From NCBI RefSeq assembly GCF_039654945.1, contig NW_027361700.1:17856001-17920000 (forward strand): a stretch of DNA of 64,000 nt, written 5' to 3'. Source of the DNA: Dendrobates tinctorius (taxonomy: Eukaryota). Below the pieces are notes generated by a model, which saw only the letters and a program-made list of their open reading frames with translations, was not told the origin of the DNA and made no database searches. Below, piece after piece: positions 13,378 to 25,295 of this stretch (the stretch's first letter is position 1; each line of letters starts with the position of its first letter). Made by a program: the position numbers and the translations under genes.

Positions 13378-13790
13378 TGAAGGGCACTGAGCTGTAATAC
13401 CAGGCACAGCCACTACACAATGTATGGTGCTGTGCTGGGGAAATAATGAAGGCTGATGTGGCACTCAGAAGCACTGCTGGTACCTGTCTGTGGCCGCTGG
13501 GAGTTGGATAGGACAAAGAAAATTCCATTCATTATACTAAAAAAGAGAAACATAAATAGAGACCTGGACTCACCCAATGTATGCAAATGTTGGGACGTCA
13601 TTAAACAGGATTCTAAACTGCTTCATTCATTTCTACTCCTTCCACGAGGGAAGAATGCGTGAGAAAGTTTGAGTAAACTTCACCCAATTCAGCCAAAATA
13701 ACAAGCAGCTCCCATACAGATTGTTCAAAAGGTTGGATTATACTAAATCTATTGTAATATAGCATTCACAATTGAGGGCTGAGGTTGGGA

Positions 13791-13857
13791 AGGGGGCACC
13801 CGGATTTGAACCAGGGACCTCTCGATCTCTCCCTCTCTACCTCTGAGCTATACCCCC
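13791..13857 (-). pseudogene. tRNA-Cys pseudogene lacking the anticodon arm
   Basis: Acceptor stem, D stem and T arm intact (one D-loop change); 11 nt including the anticodon are replaced by 6 nt (AGGGAG). Confidence 0.88.
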
Positions 13858-13989
13858 TTGATCACCAGGTCTCTTTTTTCCCTTATAAATTTTTTTGGAA
13901 CATTGAGAAAAAATGTGTAGAACACTCCATGGTAATCACTGTTGTGGGGGATCTGTGGAAGACACGTGTGGGGCCCTCAGCAGCAGATC

Positions 13990-15790
13990 TTGCTGTTGTA
14001 GTGAGGCAGATAATATTGTGTGGGGGGCATCTGGGGCAGACTCTGATGTGGGGGCACACTGTGTTCCCACTATTGTGAGGCAGATAATATTGTGTGGGGT
14101 GCCTGTGCACTCACTGTTGTGAGGCAGATAATATTGTGTGGGGCGCCTGTGCACTCACTGTTGTGAGGCAGATAATATTGTGTGGGGCGCCTGTGCACTC
14201 ACTGTTGTGAGGCAGATAATATTGTGTGGGGCGCCTGTGCACTCACTGTTGTGAGGCAGATAATATTGTGTGGGAGGCCTGTGTACACACTGTTGTGAGG
14301 CAGATAATATTGTGTGGGGCGTCTGTGCACTCACTGTTGTGATGAGGAAGATAGGATTGTGGGGGGGCGTCTGTGTACACACTGTTGTGATGAGGAAGAT
14401 AGGATTGTGGGGGGGCATCTGTGTACACACTGTTGTGATGAGGAAGATAGGATTGTGGGGGGGCGTCTGTGTACACACTGTTGTGATGAGGAAGATAGGA
14501 TTGTGGGGGGGCATCTGTGTACACACTGTTGTGATGAGGAAGATAGGATTGTGGGGGGGCGTCTGTGTACACACTGTTGTGATGAGGAAGATAGGATTGT
14601 GGGGGGGCGTCTGTGTACACACTGTTGTGATGAGGAAGATAGGATTGTGGGGGGGGCGTCTGTGTACACACTGTTGTGAGGCAGATAATATTGTGGTGGT
14701 CGTCTGTGTACACTGTTGTGATGAGGCAGATAACATTGTGGGGGTCGTCTGTACACACTATTGTGAGGCAGATAATATTGTGGGGGGCGTCTGTGTACAC
14801 TGTTGTGATGAGGCAGATAACATTGTGGGGGTCGTCTGTACACACTATTGTGAGGCAGAAAATATTGTGGGGGGCGTCTGTGCGAACACTGTAGTGAGGC
14901 AGAAAGGATTGTGGGGGCGTCTGTGCACACACTGTTGTTGTGAGGCAGATAATATTGTGGGGAGCGTCTGTGCGAACACTGTAGTGAGGCAGAAAGGATT
15001 GTGGGGGCGTCTGTGCACACACTGTTGTTGTGAGGCAGATAATATTGTGGGGAGCGTCTGTGCGAACACTGTAGTGAGGCAGAAAGGATTGTGGGGGCGT
15101 CTGTGCACACACTGTTGTTGTGAGGTAGATAATATTGTGGGGGCGTCTGTACACACTGTTGTGAGGCAGATAATATTGTGGTGGTCGTCTGTGTACACTG
15201 TTGTGATGAGGCAGATAACATTGTGGGGGTCGTCCGTACACACTATTGTGAGGCAGATAATATTGTGGGGGCGTCTGTGTACACTGTTGTGATGAGGCAG
15301 ATAACATTGTGGGGGTCGTCTGTACACACTATTGTGAGGCAGAAAATATTGTGGGGGGCGTCTGTGCGAACACTGTAGTGAGGCAGAAAGGATTGTGGGG
15401 GCGTCTGTGCACACACTGTTGTTGTGAGGCAGATAATATTGTGGGGAGCGTCTGTGCGAACACTGTAGTGAGGCAGAAAGGATTGTGGGGGCGTCTGTGC
15501 ACACACTGTTGTTGTGAGGCAGATAATATTGTGGGGAGCGTCTGTGCACACACTGTTGTTGTGAGGAAGATAATATTGTGGGGAGCGTCTGTGCACACTG
15601 TTGTGATGAGGCAGATAGGATTGTTGGGGCGTCTGTGTAAAAACTGTTGTGATGAGGCAGATAGGATTGTTGGGGCGTCTGTGTAAAAACTGTTGTGATG
15701 AGGCAGATAGGATTGTTGGGGCGTCTGTGTAAAAACTGTTGTGATGAGGCAGATAGGATTGTGGGGGGCGTCTGTGAAACACACTGTAGG
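13990..15790. repeat. Compound minisatellite, ~42-48 bp units
   Basis: About 40 tandem variants of ACTGTTGTG(ATG)AGGCAGATAATATTGTGGGGGCGTCTGTG(C/T)ACAC, in homogeneous blocks and multi-unit higher-order repeats. Confidence 0.95.
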
Positions 15791-15956
15791 ATTGCCATGA
15801 ATGTCTGAGGCAGACTGTGATATTAAGTCAAATAGTGTATAGTCTGCATCTGCAGCAGACACTTGTGGTGGAGCAGATAATATTTTGGGAGGCAAAAAAA
15901 AGTAAAAGAAGGTAGCAAAGATACTACAATGTGTGATCAGCAACACTAACCATTAA

Positions 15957-17799
15957 CCCCTTAATGACCGTCAATACGTCTTTTAACTGACCTGAGATAT
16001 AAGAGAATAGCATTCCCATACAGGTGACAATCCAGCAGCTGTCAACTGTACACTATACCTGACAACTTGCTGCATCAGCCACAATCAGTGTTGTCACATC
16101 CATATCTCTTTAACCCCTTAGATGCTGCTGTCAATAATGACTACATCATATAAATGGTTAACAGAGTGTGGCTTCTCCCTCTTTATTCCCATCGACACCG
16201 AGATCATGATTGTGTGGTCCTCATGCTTGCCATGGCAATTCACGAGCAAATAGCAGCCTTAGGCTGTGTGCCCACGATGCGATTTTTAAGCATTTTTGCT
16301 GCGATTTTCGGCGCAAAAACGTTTAAAAAACTCGTACAGAGCGCCCCCCATGCATTCCTATGGCATTCCGCACATGCTGTGCTAATGCTGCACTTTTTTC
16401 CGCGGCGGAATCGCATCGAGGAAAAAAATCGCAGCATGCTCATTCTTTTTTGCGGAATCGCAAAGAATTTCCGCGATTCCGCACTCATAGGAATGCATCA
16501 GAACCGCTTACTTCCCACATGTGGCTATGCCCACCATGTGCGAAGTTAAGCGTCTCATGTGCGGTTGGTACCCACGGTGTGGAGAGGAGACTGTCCTCCA
16601 GGCCCTGGGTACCATACCCCTGTAAAAAAAAGAATAAAAAAAATCGGGGTATATTTACCTTCCGACGTCCCGCGCTGCCATCCCGGGCCTCAGCATTCCC
16701 AGTAATGCCTTGCGGCAAGGTCCTGTGATGACGTAGTCTCGCGTTACTCTAGCGGTCTCGTAAGATCGCTATAGCAACGCGAGACCAACGTCATCACAGG
16801 TCTCGCAAGGCATTGCTGGGAACGGGAGCGTCGCTGAGATTGTGCGGGACGTCGGAAGGTAAATATACCCCAATTTTTTATTTTTTTATCATTTTTAACA
16901 TTCTATCTTTTACTATTGACGCCGCATAGGCGGCCTCAATAGTAAAAAGCTGTTAACACTTGTCAAACACTATGTTTGACAAGTGTGACCAACCTGTCAA
17001 TCACTTTCCAAGCGATGCTTCAAATCGCTTGGAAAGTGCTTGAATATCGCACGCGAAAATCGCAAACATAATCGCTGTAAAATCGCGCGATTTCTGGGAA
17101 GGAGTCCAGTTTTGAGTGTCCGGATTAAAACGCAACGTGGGCACATAGCCTTAGAGTCTCCTGGCTCTAGCGACCTGTTCAGAAGTTAGTGACATTTAGG
17201 TGGTAAAATACATTTTTTCATTCCTGTCATGTCACTTTGTATTAATTCCTGAAAAGCACTTGAAGGGTTAATAAAGTACCTGACAGCAGTTTTCAGTATG
17301 TCGGGGGTGCCGTTTTTAAAATGGTATCACTTTTGTGGGTTTTCCAATATATAGGACCCCTAAAGTCACTTCAAATCTCGATAGGTCCCTCAAAAAAATA
17401 ATTTTGTAAATTTCCATGAAAAAATGAAAACTTACTACTACATTTTTAAACCTCCTAAAATGCTAACAAAATAAAATAACATTTTACAAATGGTGCTGAT
17501 GTACGGCCGGCATGTGGGAAATGTTATTTATTAATGTTTTGCTATAATGTGACTAACTGAATTAAAGGGATAATCAAAGTTTGAAAATTACTAATTTTTT
17601 TTTCATTTTTCAAATTTCTGATATTTTTTTTATAAATAAACACAAAACATATCAACCTAAATTTACCATTATAATAAAGTATAATGTGTCACGAAGAAAC
17701 ATTCTCAAAATGACTGGAATTTGTCTAAGTGTTCCAGAGTTATTACCACATAAAGTGACACTGGTCAGATTTTTTAAATTTGGCTCTGTCACTAAGGGG
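15957..17799. mobile_element. Non-autonomous piggyBac-like element containing a nested MITE
   Basis: TTAA|CCCCTTAATGAC ... GTCACTAAGGGG|TTAA. Confidence 0.8.
16262..17150. mobile_element. Harbinger-like MITE (GGCT..GTGC(C/A)CAC family; relatives at 28269-28966, 41674-41992, 55915-56290)
   Basis: TTA TSD on both sides; TIR GGCTGTGTGCCCACG / CGTGGGCACATAGCC; subterminal TGCGGA/TCCGCA repeats. Confidence 0.82.
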
Positions 17800-17970
17800 T
17801 TAAGAGAGTTTTGCCTTCTAATAAAAATGGTCCCAAAACAAAACAGTTACTCACCCTCCCTGAGTCCAGCGCTGTCTCTCCACCACCCAACCTTATGCGG
17901 TAAGACTATGTACAAATTTCTTGTAAAGGAGGTTGTCTCAATGACCATTAAATATTCTCTAACATTTCTA

Positions 17971-18337
17971 AAGGTACTGTCACACTTAGCGATGTACCAG
18001 CGATCCCGACCATCGCTAAGTGGTCGCTAGTGAGCTGCCACACAGGCAGATCTCACCAGCGACATCGCTGGGACGGGGGTCGCTACTTACCTGTCACACC
18101 AGGCGATCCTGCGTCCTCCCGCCCGGCTCCACGCTCGTCGCTCGTCTCTCCACAGGAAGCGCCGCAGGAAGCTGACGACGAGAAACGGTCCAGGACGTTC
18201 TCGCGCGATCAGCGATAACCAGCGGGGGAGCGGGTTGTAGGTAAGTATCAGACACAGCGATATCGCTAGCAATATCGCTATAACGTCACAAGTTATAGCG
18301 ATATTGCTAGCGATATCGCTTAGTGTGACAGTACCTT
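17971..18337. mobile_element. CpG-rich TA-TSD MITE, copy 2
   Basis: TA|AAGGTACTGTCACAC ... GTGTGACAGTACCTT|TA. Confidence 0.8.
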
Positions 18338-18485
18338 TAGTGAGTAAAACTGTATTATTGTATCAAGCATTACAATTACTCTGGGAAACAAACCAATCAC
18401 TACTGCAAGTGAACAAACTAGTCAGAGCTAACATCCAGCGTGAACACCCTTTTAATTAATCCAGACCACAATAGCAGTAACCAGC

Positions 18486-18643
18486 CTAATGAAAAGAGAA
18501 AGGGCTGATTTCACCAAAACAAGATGGCTTGCTGCGGAGTGTAGGAGTATTCCTCCGATATCCAAATCGTCCATTGTAACCAATTGGAGGGCGGACACTA
18601 GACAGGAAGCTGCTGTGACCGCTGATCAATGTCCGGCAGTGTC
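18486..18643 (-). CDS. SPMAP1: SPMAP1/C17orf98 exon 3 (terminal)
   Basis: (G)HCRTLISGHSSFLSSVRPPIGYNGRFGYRRNTPTLRSKPSCFGEISPFSFH*; the conserved NGRFGYRRNTP.LR motif; cag acceptor in phase 1; ATTAAA at 18451-18456. Confidence 0.93.
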
Positions 18644-19685
18644 CTGACAGTACAAATGGAGATAAGAATGAGAAGTGAAGAGACAGGTAATGGCAAGGTC
18701 ATTGTGTAATTTACAGATGGTAATAAAAAGGGTGAGAAAAAAAAAAATCAACTGAACAACATTACATATGGCCATATACGAAACAGACCAGAGCTATTTA
18801 TTACCACTACAAAAGTATTTAGTAACTGCCTAAATTTTACTTTCACAAAATGTCTTAAAAATTAAACTTCACTCATCTGCAACCAAGGATCTATTCATAC
18901 TGTGCTTTTTTCCAGCATTATTTTTTCTCATGAAAAATGCAGGGCTGGTAGGTAAAATGCTTCATACATTATGTGTGTTTTTGGTGCAGTTTTTTTTTTC
19001 CAAGTGTTTTTGAAACATTCATTTGAATGCAGCATAAAGAGTGGAAAGAGCTCACTTGCAGCATTTAAAAAAAATATCTCACACATGCTCAAAAACGCAA
19101 GAAGAATAATGCACTGTGAGAATGAGATTTTGGAAATCTCATCTACTTTACAAGTGAAAACATTGAGTTTTTCAGCATGGAATTACAATTTTTTTTTACC
19201 ATTTCATCCCATTAGGAATTTTTTTGTCATTTCTCATTACATCATATGATAAAATGAACGGTGGCAATCAAAACTACAATTTGTCCCACAAAAAGCAAGA
19301 CCTCACACGGCTATGTTGATGGAAAAAAAACAGTGCTGAATTGCCTTAGATAAGCTATAAAAACACAATGGCACCAATTGATCAAAGCTTTTACACCAAA
19401 AAAAAAAAGGATTTTTGGGTTGCTTACCGTAAAATCTGTTTCTTGAAGCCTTCATTGGGGGACACAGAAACCATGGGTGTATGCTGCCGCCACTAGGAGG
19501 CTGACACTATGCACAAAAAAAGGTTAGCTCCTCCTCCGCAGTATATACCCCACCGACCGGCACTAATTTCCTCAGTTAGTGAGAAGGCAGTAGGAGAAGT
19601 AACAACACAGAATGAAAACAGAACAAACAACTCAACTGGAATCAACAACAACATAAGAACAGGAGTTGCAGAACATGGGATGGTG

Positions 19686-19786
19686 CTGTGTCCCCCAATG
19701 AAGGCTTCGAGAAACAGATTTTACGGTAAGCAACCCAACAATCCTGTTTTCTCTATCGCTTCATTGGGGGACACAGAAACCATGGG
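19686..19786 (-). other. DIRS internal complementary region (ICR)
   Basis: Joined reverse complements of the two element ends: CTGTGTCCCCCAATGAAGGC...CAACAATCCTG TTTT CTCTATCGCTTCATTGGGGGACACAG. Confidence 0.9.
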
Positions 19787-22700
19787 ACGTCCCAAAGCAG
19801 TCCCTGGGGAGGGAGAAGCAAACTTCCATTAGGTCTGAGGACTCACCACCGACGCCTTCAGGATCCTTCTGCCTAGGCTGGCGTCTGCCGAAGCGTAGGT
19901 GTGGACCTTGTAAAATTTGGCAAACGTGTGGATCGAAGACCAGGTTGCCGCTTTGCAGAGCTGCTGCGCGGAAGCTCTGTGGCGCACCGCCCAGGAGGCA
20001 CCCACTGCCCGGGTAGAGTGAGCTCTATTTCCAGGAGGGGGCACTTGATGCTTGACCCGGTAGGCCTCCAAAATAGCTGATCTGATCCAGCGAGCAATGG
20101 TAGCCTTGGAGGCCGGCTGACCTTTCCGCGCACCATCTGGAATGATGAAAAGAGAGTCTGTCTTCCGCAAGGGAGACGTCCTAGCTAGGTAAACCTTCAT
20201 TGCCCTGACCAGGTCTAGCTTGTTCAAGGAGCGCTCCAGAGGGTGGAGTGGACCTGGACAAAAAGATGGGAGAACAATGTCCTCATTTAGGTGGAAAGTG
20301 GACACCACCTTAGGAAGAAAGGAAGGCGGGGGCCGCAGGACCACCTTGTCCTGATGGAGCACCAAGAAAGGGGGGGCGACAAGAAAGGGCCGCCAATTCC
20401 GACACACGCCGGATGGAGGTGATGGCCACTAGAAAGGCTACTTTCCAGGAGAGAAGGGATAGGAAGACTTCTCTGAGAGGTTCAAAGGGTGACCGTTGAA
20501 GAGCCTCCAGAACCAGATTGAGATCCCAAGAATCCACGGGAACGCAGTACGGGGGTGCCGTATGAGCCACTCCCTGAAGAAAGGTTTTGACCTGCGGACG
20601 GGAGGCCAACGCCTTCTGAAAAAGGATGGAAAGCGCCGAGACCTGACCCTTCAAAGAGCTGAGGGCAAGGCCCGCATCTAGGCCTGCCTGGAGGAACGCC
20701 AGAATAGAAGGGAGAGAAAAGGACATGGGCAGAACGTCATTGGCCTCGCACCAAGTGAAATAGGCCTTCCACGTACGATAATAAATTCTGGAAGACAATG
20801 GTTTTCTAGCCCGGATCATGGTGTGAATAACCCGATCCGAAAAACCTGACCGCTTCAGAACCGTGGTTTCAACAGCCACGCCGTTAAATTGAGCGACAAA
20901 GAATTGGGGTGGCAGATTGGACCCTGAGACAGCAGATCTGCTCTGTCTGGAAGCTTCCAGGGGGCGTCCACGAGAAGGTTGACGATGTCCGCGAACCAAG
21001 CCCTTCTGGGCCAATCCGGAGCGATGAGGATGACTGGTACCTTGATTTTCTTCAACAGTTTGGGAAGAAGAGGAAGGGGAGGAAACAGACAGGGGAGCTT
21101 GAACTGAGACCAGGGAATAGTCAGAGCATCGGCACCCACTGCGAGAGGATTTTGGGCCCTGGATACGAACTGTGGGACCTTCCTGTTCAGGCGAGACACC
21201 AGAAGATCTACGTCCGGAGTCCCCCAACGATGGCAAAGCTGATGGAAGACGTCCGGATGTAAGGACCGCTCTCTCGCCGCGAGACCCTCGCGGCTGAGAA
21301 AATTGGCGGCCCAGTTGTCCACGCCGGGAATGTGCACTGCGGATATCGCTGGGACCGATACCTCTGTCCAGTGAAGAATCTTGGACACTTCCGCTAGAGC
21401 CGAGGAGCTCCGTGTCCCCCCTTGGTGGTTGACATATGCCACCGCTGTGGCATTGTCTGTCTGAATCCAGACCGGCAGACCCCTGAGAAGCATTTCCCAG
21501 TGAATGAGAGACAGATAAATCGCCCGAATCTCGAGGACGTTGATCGTCAGAGTTGTCTCTTGAGTCGACCACCGACCCTGAACAGTCTGATTGCGAAACA
21601 CTGCACCCCAGCCGAGAAGGCTGGCGTCCGTGGTCACTATCTGCCAGTGAATCGGAAGGAATGACTGGCCCAGGGAAATGAGAGGTGACGTCAACCACTA
21701 ATTGAGGGACCGTTTGACCCGAGGCGAGAGGTGAATTGGGCGATCCAGGGAGAGAACGGACCTGTTCCACCGAGATAGGATGGCCTGTTGAAGCAGTCTC
21801 GTGTGGAATTGAGCAAAGGGAATCGCTTCGGTCGTCGCTACCATCTTTCCCAAGACTTTCATAGCTGACCAGAAGGATGGAAGCTTTGTACTCTGCAGCG
21901 ATCGTACATCTCGCCGCAGGGAGATCATTTTCTCTTCCGGAAGAAAGACCCTCGATTGACGGGTATCGAACAATAAGCCTAGAAACACAAGACGTTGGGT
22001 CGGAACGAGGCATGACTTTCTTTTGTTTACGAGCCACCCGAAACTGGACAGGGTGTCGAGAACGATGGTAAGGCTTTGGAGAGAGTCTGGTGAAAATACG
22101 GAGCTTTGATCAGAATGTCGTCGAGGTAGGGGAAAAGAACGAGACCTCTGATCCTCAACAGGGCCATCAACGCCACCATGATCTTCGTAAACACTCTGGG
22201 CGCGGTGGCGAGACCGAACGGCAGGGCGACAAACTGGTAGTGGTCCTGATGAATCGCGAAACGCAGGAATTTCTGATGCCCGTGAAAGATGGGGACATGC
22301 AGATAGGCATCTTGAATATCTATTGAGCACATGAATTCCTGCGCCTACATGGAAGCGATTACTGAACGAAGGGACTCCATCCTGAAGTGTCGCAGGCGGA
22401 CCCTCTTGTTCAGTAGTTTGAGGTCCAGAATGGGCCGAACAGTGCCGCCTTTTTTCGGTACTACAAACAGGTTTGAGTAGAACCCTGTGAATCGTTCTGT
22501 TTCGGGAACGGGCACAATCACCCCGGTACTGAGAAGAGAGGCGATGGATGCAAAGAAGCCCGGAACTAAGGTGGGGTCTTTTGGAGGTCGGGACTCGAAG
22601 AAGCGATCCCGGGGCCGAGAAATGAACTCTATTTTGTATCCTGAGGATACAACCTCCCTGACCCAAGCGTCTTCCACCGAGGCAAGCCAGACATCTCTGA

Positions 22701-25295
22701 AGAAAAGTAGTCGGCCGCCCACTTGGGAAAGCGCCCCGGAACTTTGCTGATAGTCATGCCGATGTGGACCTTCCAGTTCTGGACCTGGAGGATCTGCCCT
22801 GGGAGGAGTGAGATCACCAGGGTGGAGTGGGCCTAAAGGAGACCTTCTTCCTATCCTGGCGTGCTTGCAGCCTTTATTGGTTGGAAAAAGGTTCTGCCGT
22901 CGCGACGCGGCGGAAAGACCGAAAGGGCCGAAACTGGCGCCTTGGAGGGGGCCTACGAGGCTTGGACTGAGGGAGAAGAGAGCTTGTGCCCCCAGTGGCG
23001 TCTTTGATAATCTGGTCCAGCTGGGATCCGAAGAGACGTGCACCCTGAAAAGGCAGATTGGTAAGGGACTTTTTTGAAGACAAATCCGCCTGCCAGGCCT
23101 TGAGCCAAATTGTTAGCCGGATTGCAACTAAGTTGCAGGACGCTTGAGCTGCGCAAGAGGCGGCATCTAAGGAGGCGGAGACCAAATATTCCCCTGCAGG
23201 GGAGATCTGGTTGGCTAGCTCTGCCAGTCGCTCTGGTTGGGCTCCATCAAGAATGCCTTGGCGGAGATCCTCCGCCCAAGTAGATATGGCCTTGGCTACC
23301 CAAGTGGAAGCAAAGCTTGGGCTTAGCACCGTCGCAGCCGCTTCGAATGCTGACTTTGCTAAGGATTCTATGATCCTGTTGTTAGAATCCTTCAGACGCC
23401 ACGCCTGAAATCGGAAGGACCGTGTTGTTAGATAGTCTAGACACGGGAGCGTCTACAGAGGGGGAAGCCGATCAGTTGTCGGTGAGCTCCTGAGAAAATG
23501 GATATAGCATGCCAAAACGCTTCCCTCTTTGAAAGCGCCTGGTGGGATTTTCTCTTTCCCTGTTGAGGAGCTTGCCAAACTCAGAGTGAGAGGCGAAGAC
23601 TCTGGAAGGTGTTTCTGCCCTTCTGAATGAAACCTCCTGATCTGAGGGTTTCGCAGGGGAGTCTGTAATCTCAAAAGTATGATTAATTGCTGCAATGAGG
23701 TTCTGTACCGTAACCTTTATGTCCGCGTCATGGTCCGATTCCAGCTCTAAAATCTCTTCGGATGGCGCATCCGAGAACTGACTCGGGTGAGGAGGCACAG
23801 GAAGGAGACTGCTGGGAAGGACTATGTGGTGAGATGGGGCGAGGAGAGGATTCCGGCCGGAGATCCTGCCTGGGCCTTTTGCGGCTCATGCTAGCTGTCT
23901 CAGATGGAGCCTCTTGTGACCTGCTGGATCCTGCAGAAGTGTCCAGGGGCAACTTATCAAGAACGGCCACTAGGGATTGAGACACCTTAGTAAGATCCGC
24001 CACCGATTGAGATAGAGAAGAAGCCCAGTCAGGAATGGGGGATTCACTCTCACGTGGAGCAATAGGTGGCTCCTGGGCAGCGGGCTGGATGGGATTGCTG
24101 CAATCAAGGCAGAGGGGAGTGGCCTGACCTGAGGGAAATTTGCGTTTGCAAGAAGAACATGCAAAAAACTTGACTAAAGTGCAAGTGGAAGAAGGGGGAC
24201 GGGCCCGATCAGGCTTAGAGTTAGACATAATGAGGGATCAGTCACTGAAGGAGTGCCGGAAGGTTAGGGGACAGGAGGCAGAGGAGGGTATCAGTCTGCA
24301 GAGCAGAGCCTACTCACGGTCCGGTGTCCTGTGGCTGCTTCCAGCAAACACTTGCTGTGTCCCCCAATGCTGCACAGCTCGTCTGGATCTGCGGGGCCCC
24401 CGATGCTGACAGGCTGAGAAAATGGCGTCAGCCTGAGAAGATCCGGGTAGAAAAGCGCGCGCTTCCTGAGGAGACAGGGGAAAGGAGAGGGCGGGGCTGA
24501 CCGCAGTAAGGAGGCGGAAGATGGCGCCGCCCGCTGCCTATAGGCAGGCTAGGGGGCTGAGCGCTGCCTCCGGGACGCAGACACCAAGGAAGAGAGCGGT
24601 GGGCGGGCCTAGAACGGGCGGGAGAGAAGCCCATCTAAGGCAGAAAGCGGGGGGCGTGGCCGCGACTCCGAGGTAGGCCCAAACTGAAGCCGGGGTCTGT
24701 AGTAGATGCGGCGGCCGCCGGAGAGCGCAGGGCGGCGCGGAGACAGCGCCGCTGCCGCGGCGATCGCCCCCATAATGGAGACATGACCGCAGCCCGGCTG
24801 CTAATCAGCACTAGGATAAGTGCAGCCGGGGAGGAGGAGAGGAAGGGGCTGCTGAAGGGAGCAGACACCTGGGGGAAAATGGAGCCATGACTGTAGCCCG
24901 GCTGCTAACAAGCCCTGAGATAAGTGCAGCCGGGGAAGGAGGAGGTGGGATACTTGAGGGAGATGCCACTCAGGGGTCTTATACTTACCCTGTAATCCTG
25001 CCGCTCTTCAGTGTCTTCTGAGCATGTACCTGTGGAGGAAGATGTACCTCTATCATCCAGCCGAAGGATGTCCGCGTCTCTTCCAGCCGACAGGCTCTGG
25101 CGGGCGAGTGGGTGGGAGACGGGGGCGAGGACCCGCTGGATCGCCTGACACGCATCCGTGCTTGGGGCTCTTGGTCCTGCCGTGGAGAGCTATGAGGATA
25201 CGCCGTACTCATAGCGTCTTTGTGGTACTACAGATGTGACTGTTCACTCTGTATCCCTCCGGAAACTTGAAAAGAAAACGATGCACACTGAGGTA

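Noticed and set aside
13990-15790. CRISPR-like periodicity, or a hammerhead satellite (GTGATGAG-GCAGA..TCTGT-GAAAC in the last unit)
   Set aside because: There are no unique spacers and the context is eukaryotic. The hammerhead core has G instead of the required C3, no stem I, and GAAA occurs at that position in only one unit.
14155-15946. Many long overlapping ORFs (up to 354 aa)
   Set aside because: They are translations of the minisatellite, open in several frames on both strands, with no recognisable domain.
20855-21300. Bacterial-type Dam methyltransferase suggesting contamination or a novel system
   Set aside because: It is the known methyltransferase-like domain of DIRS1 pol, embedded in the element.
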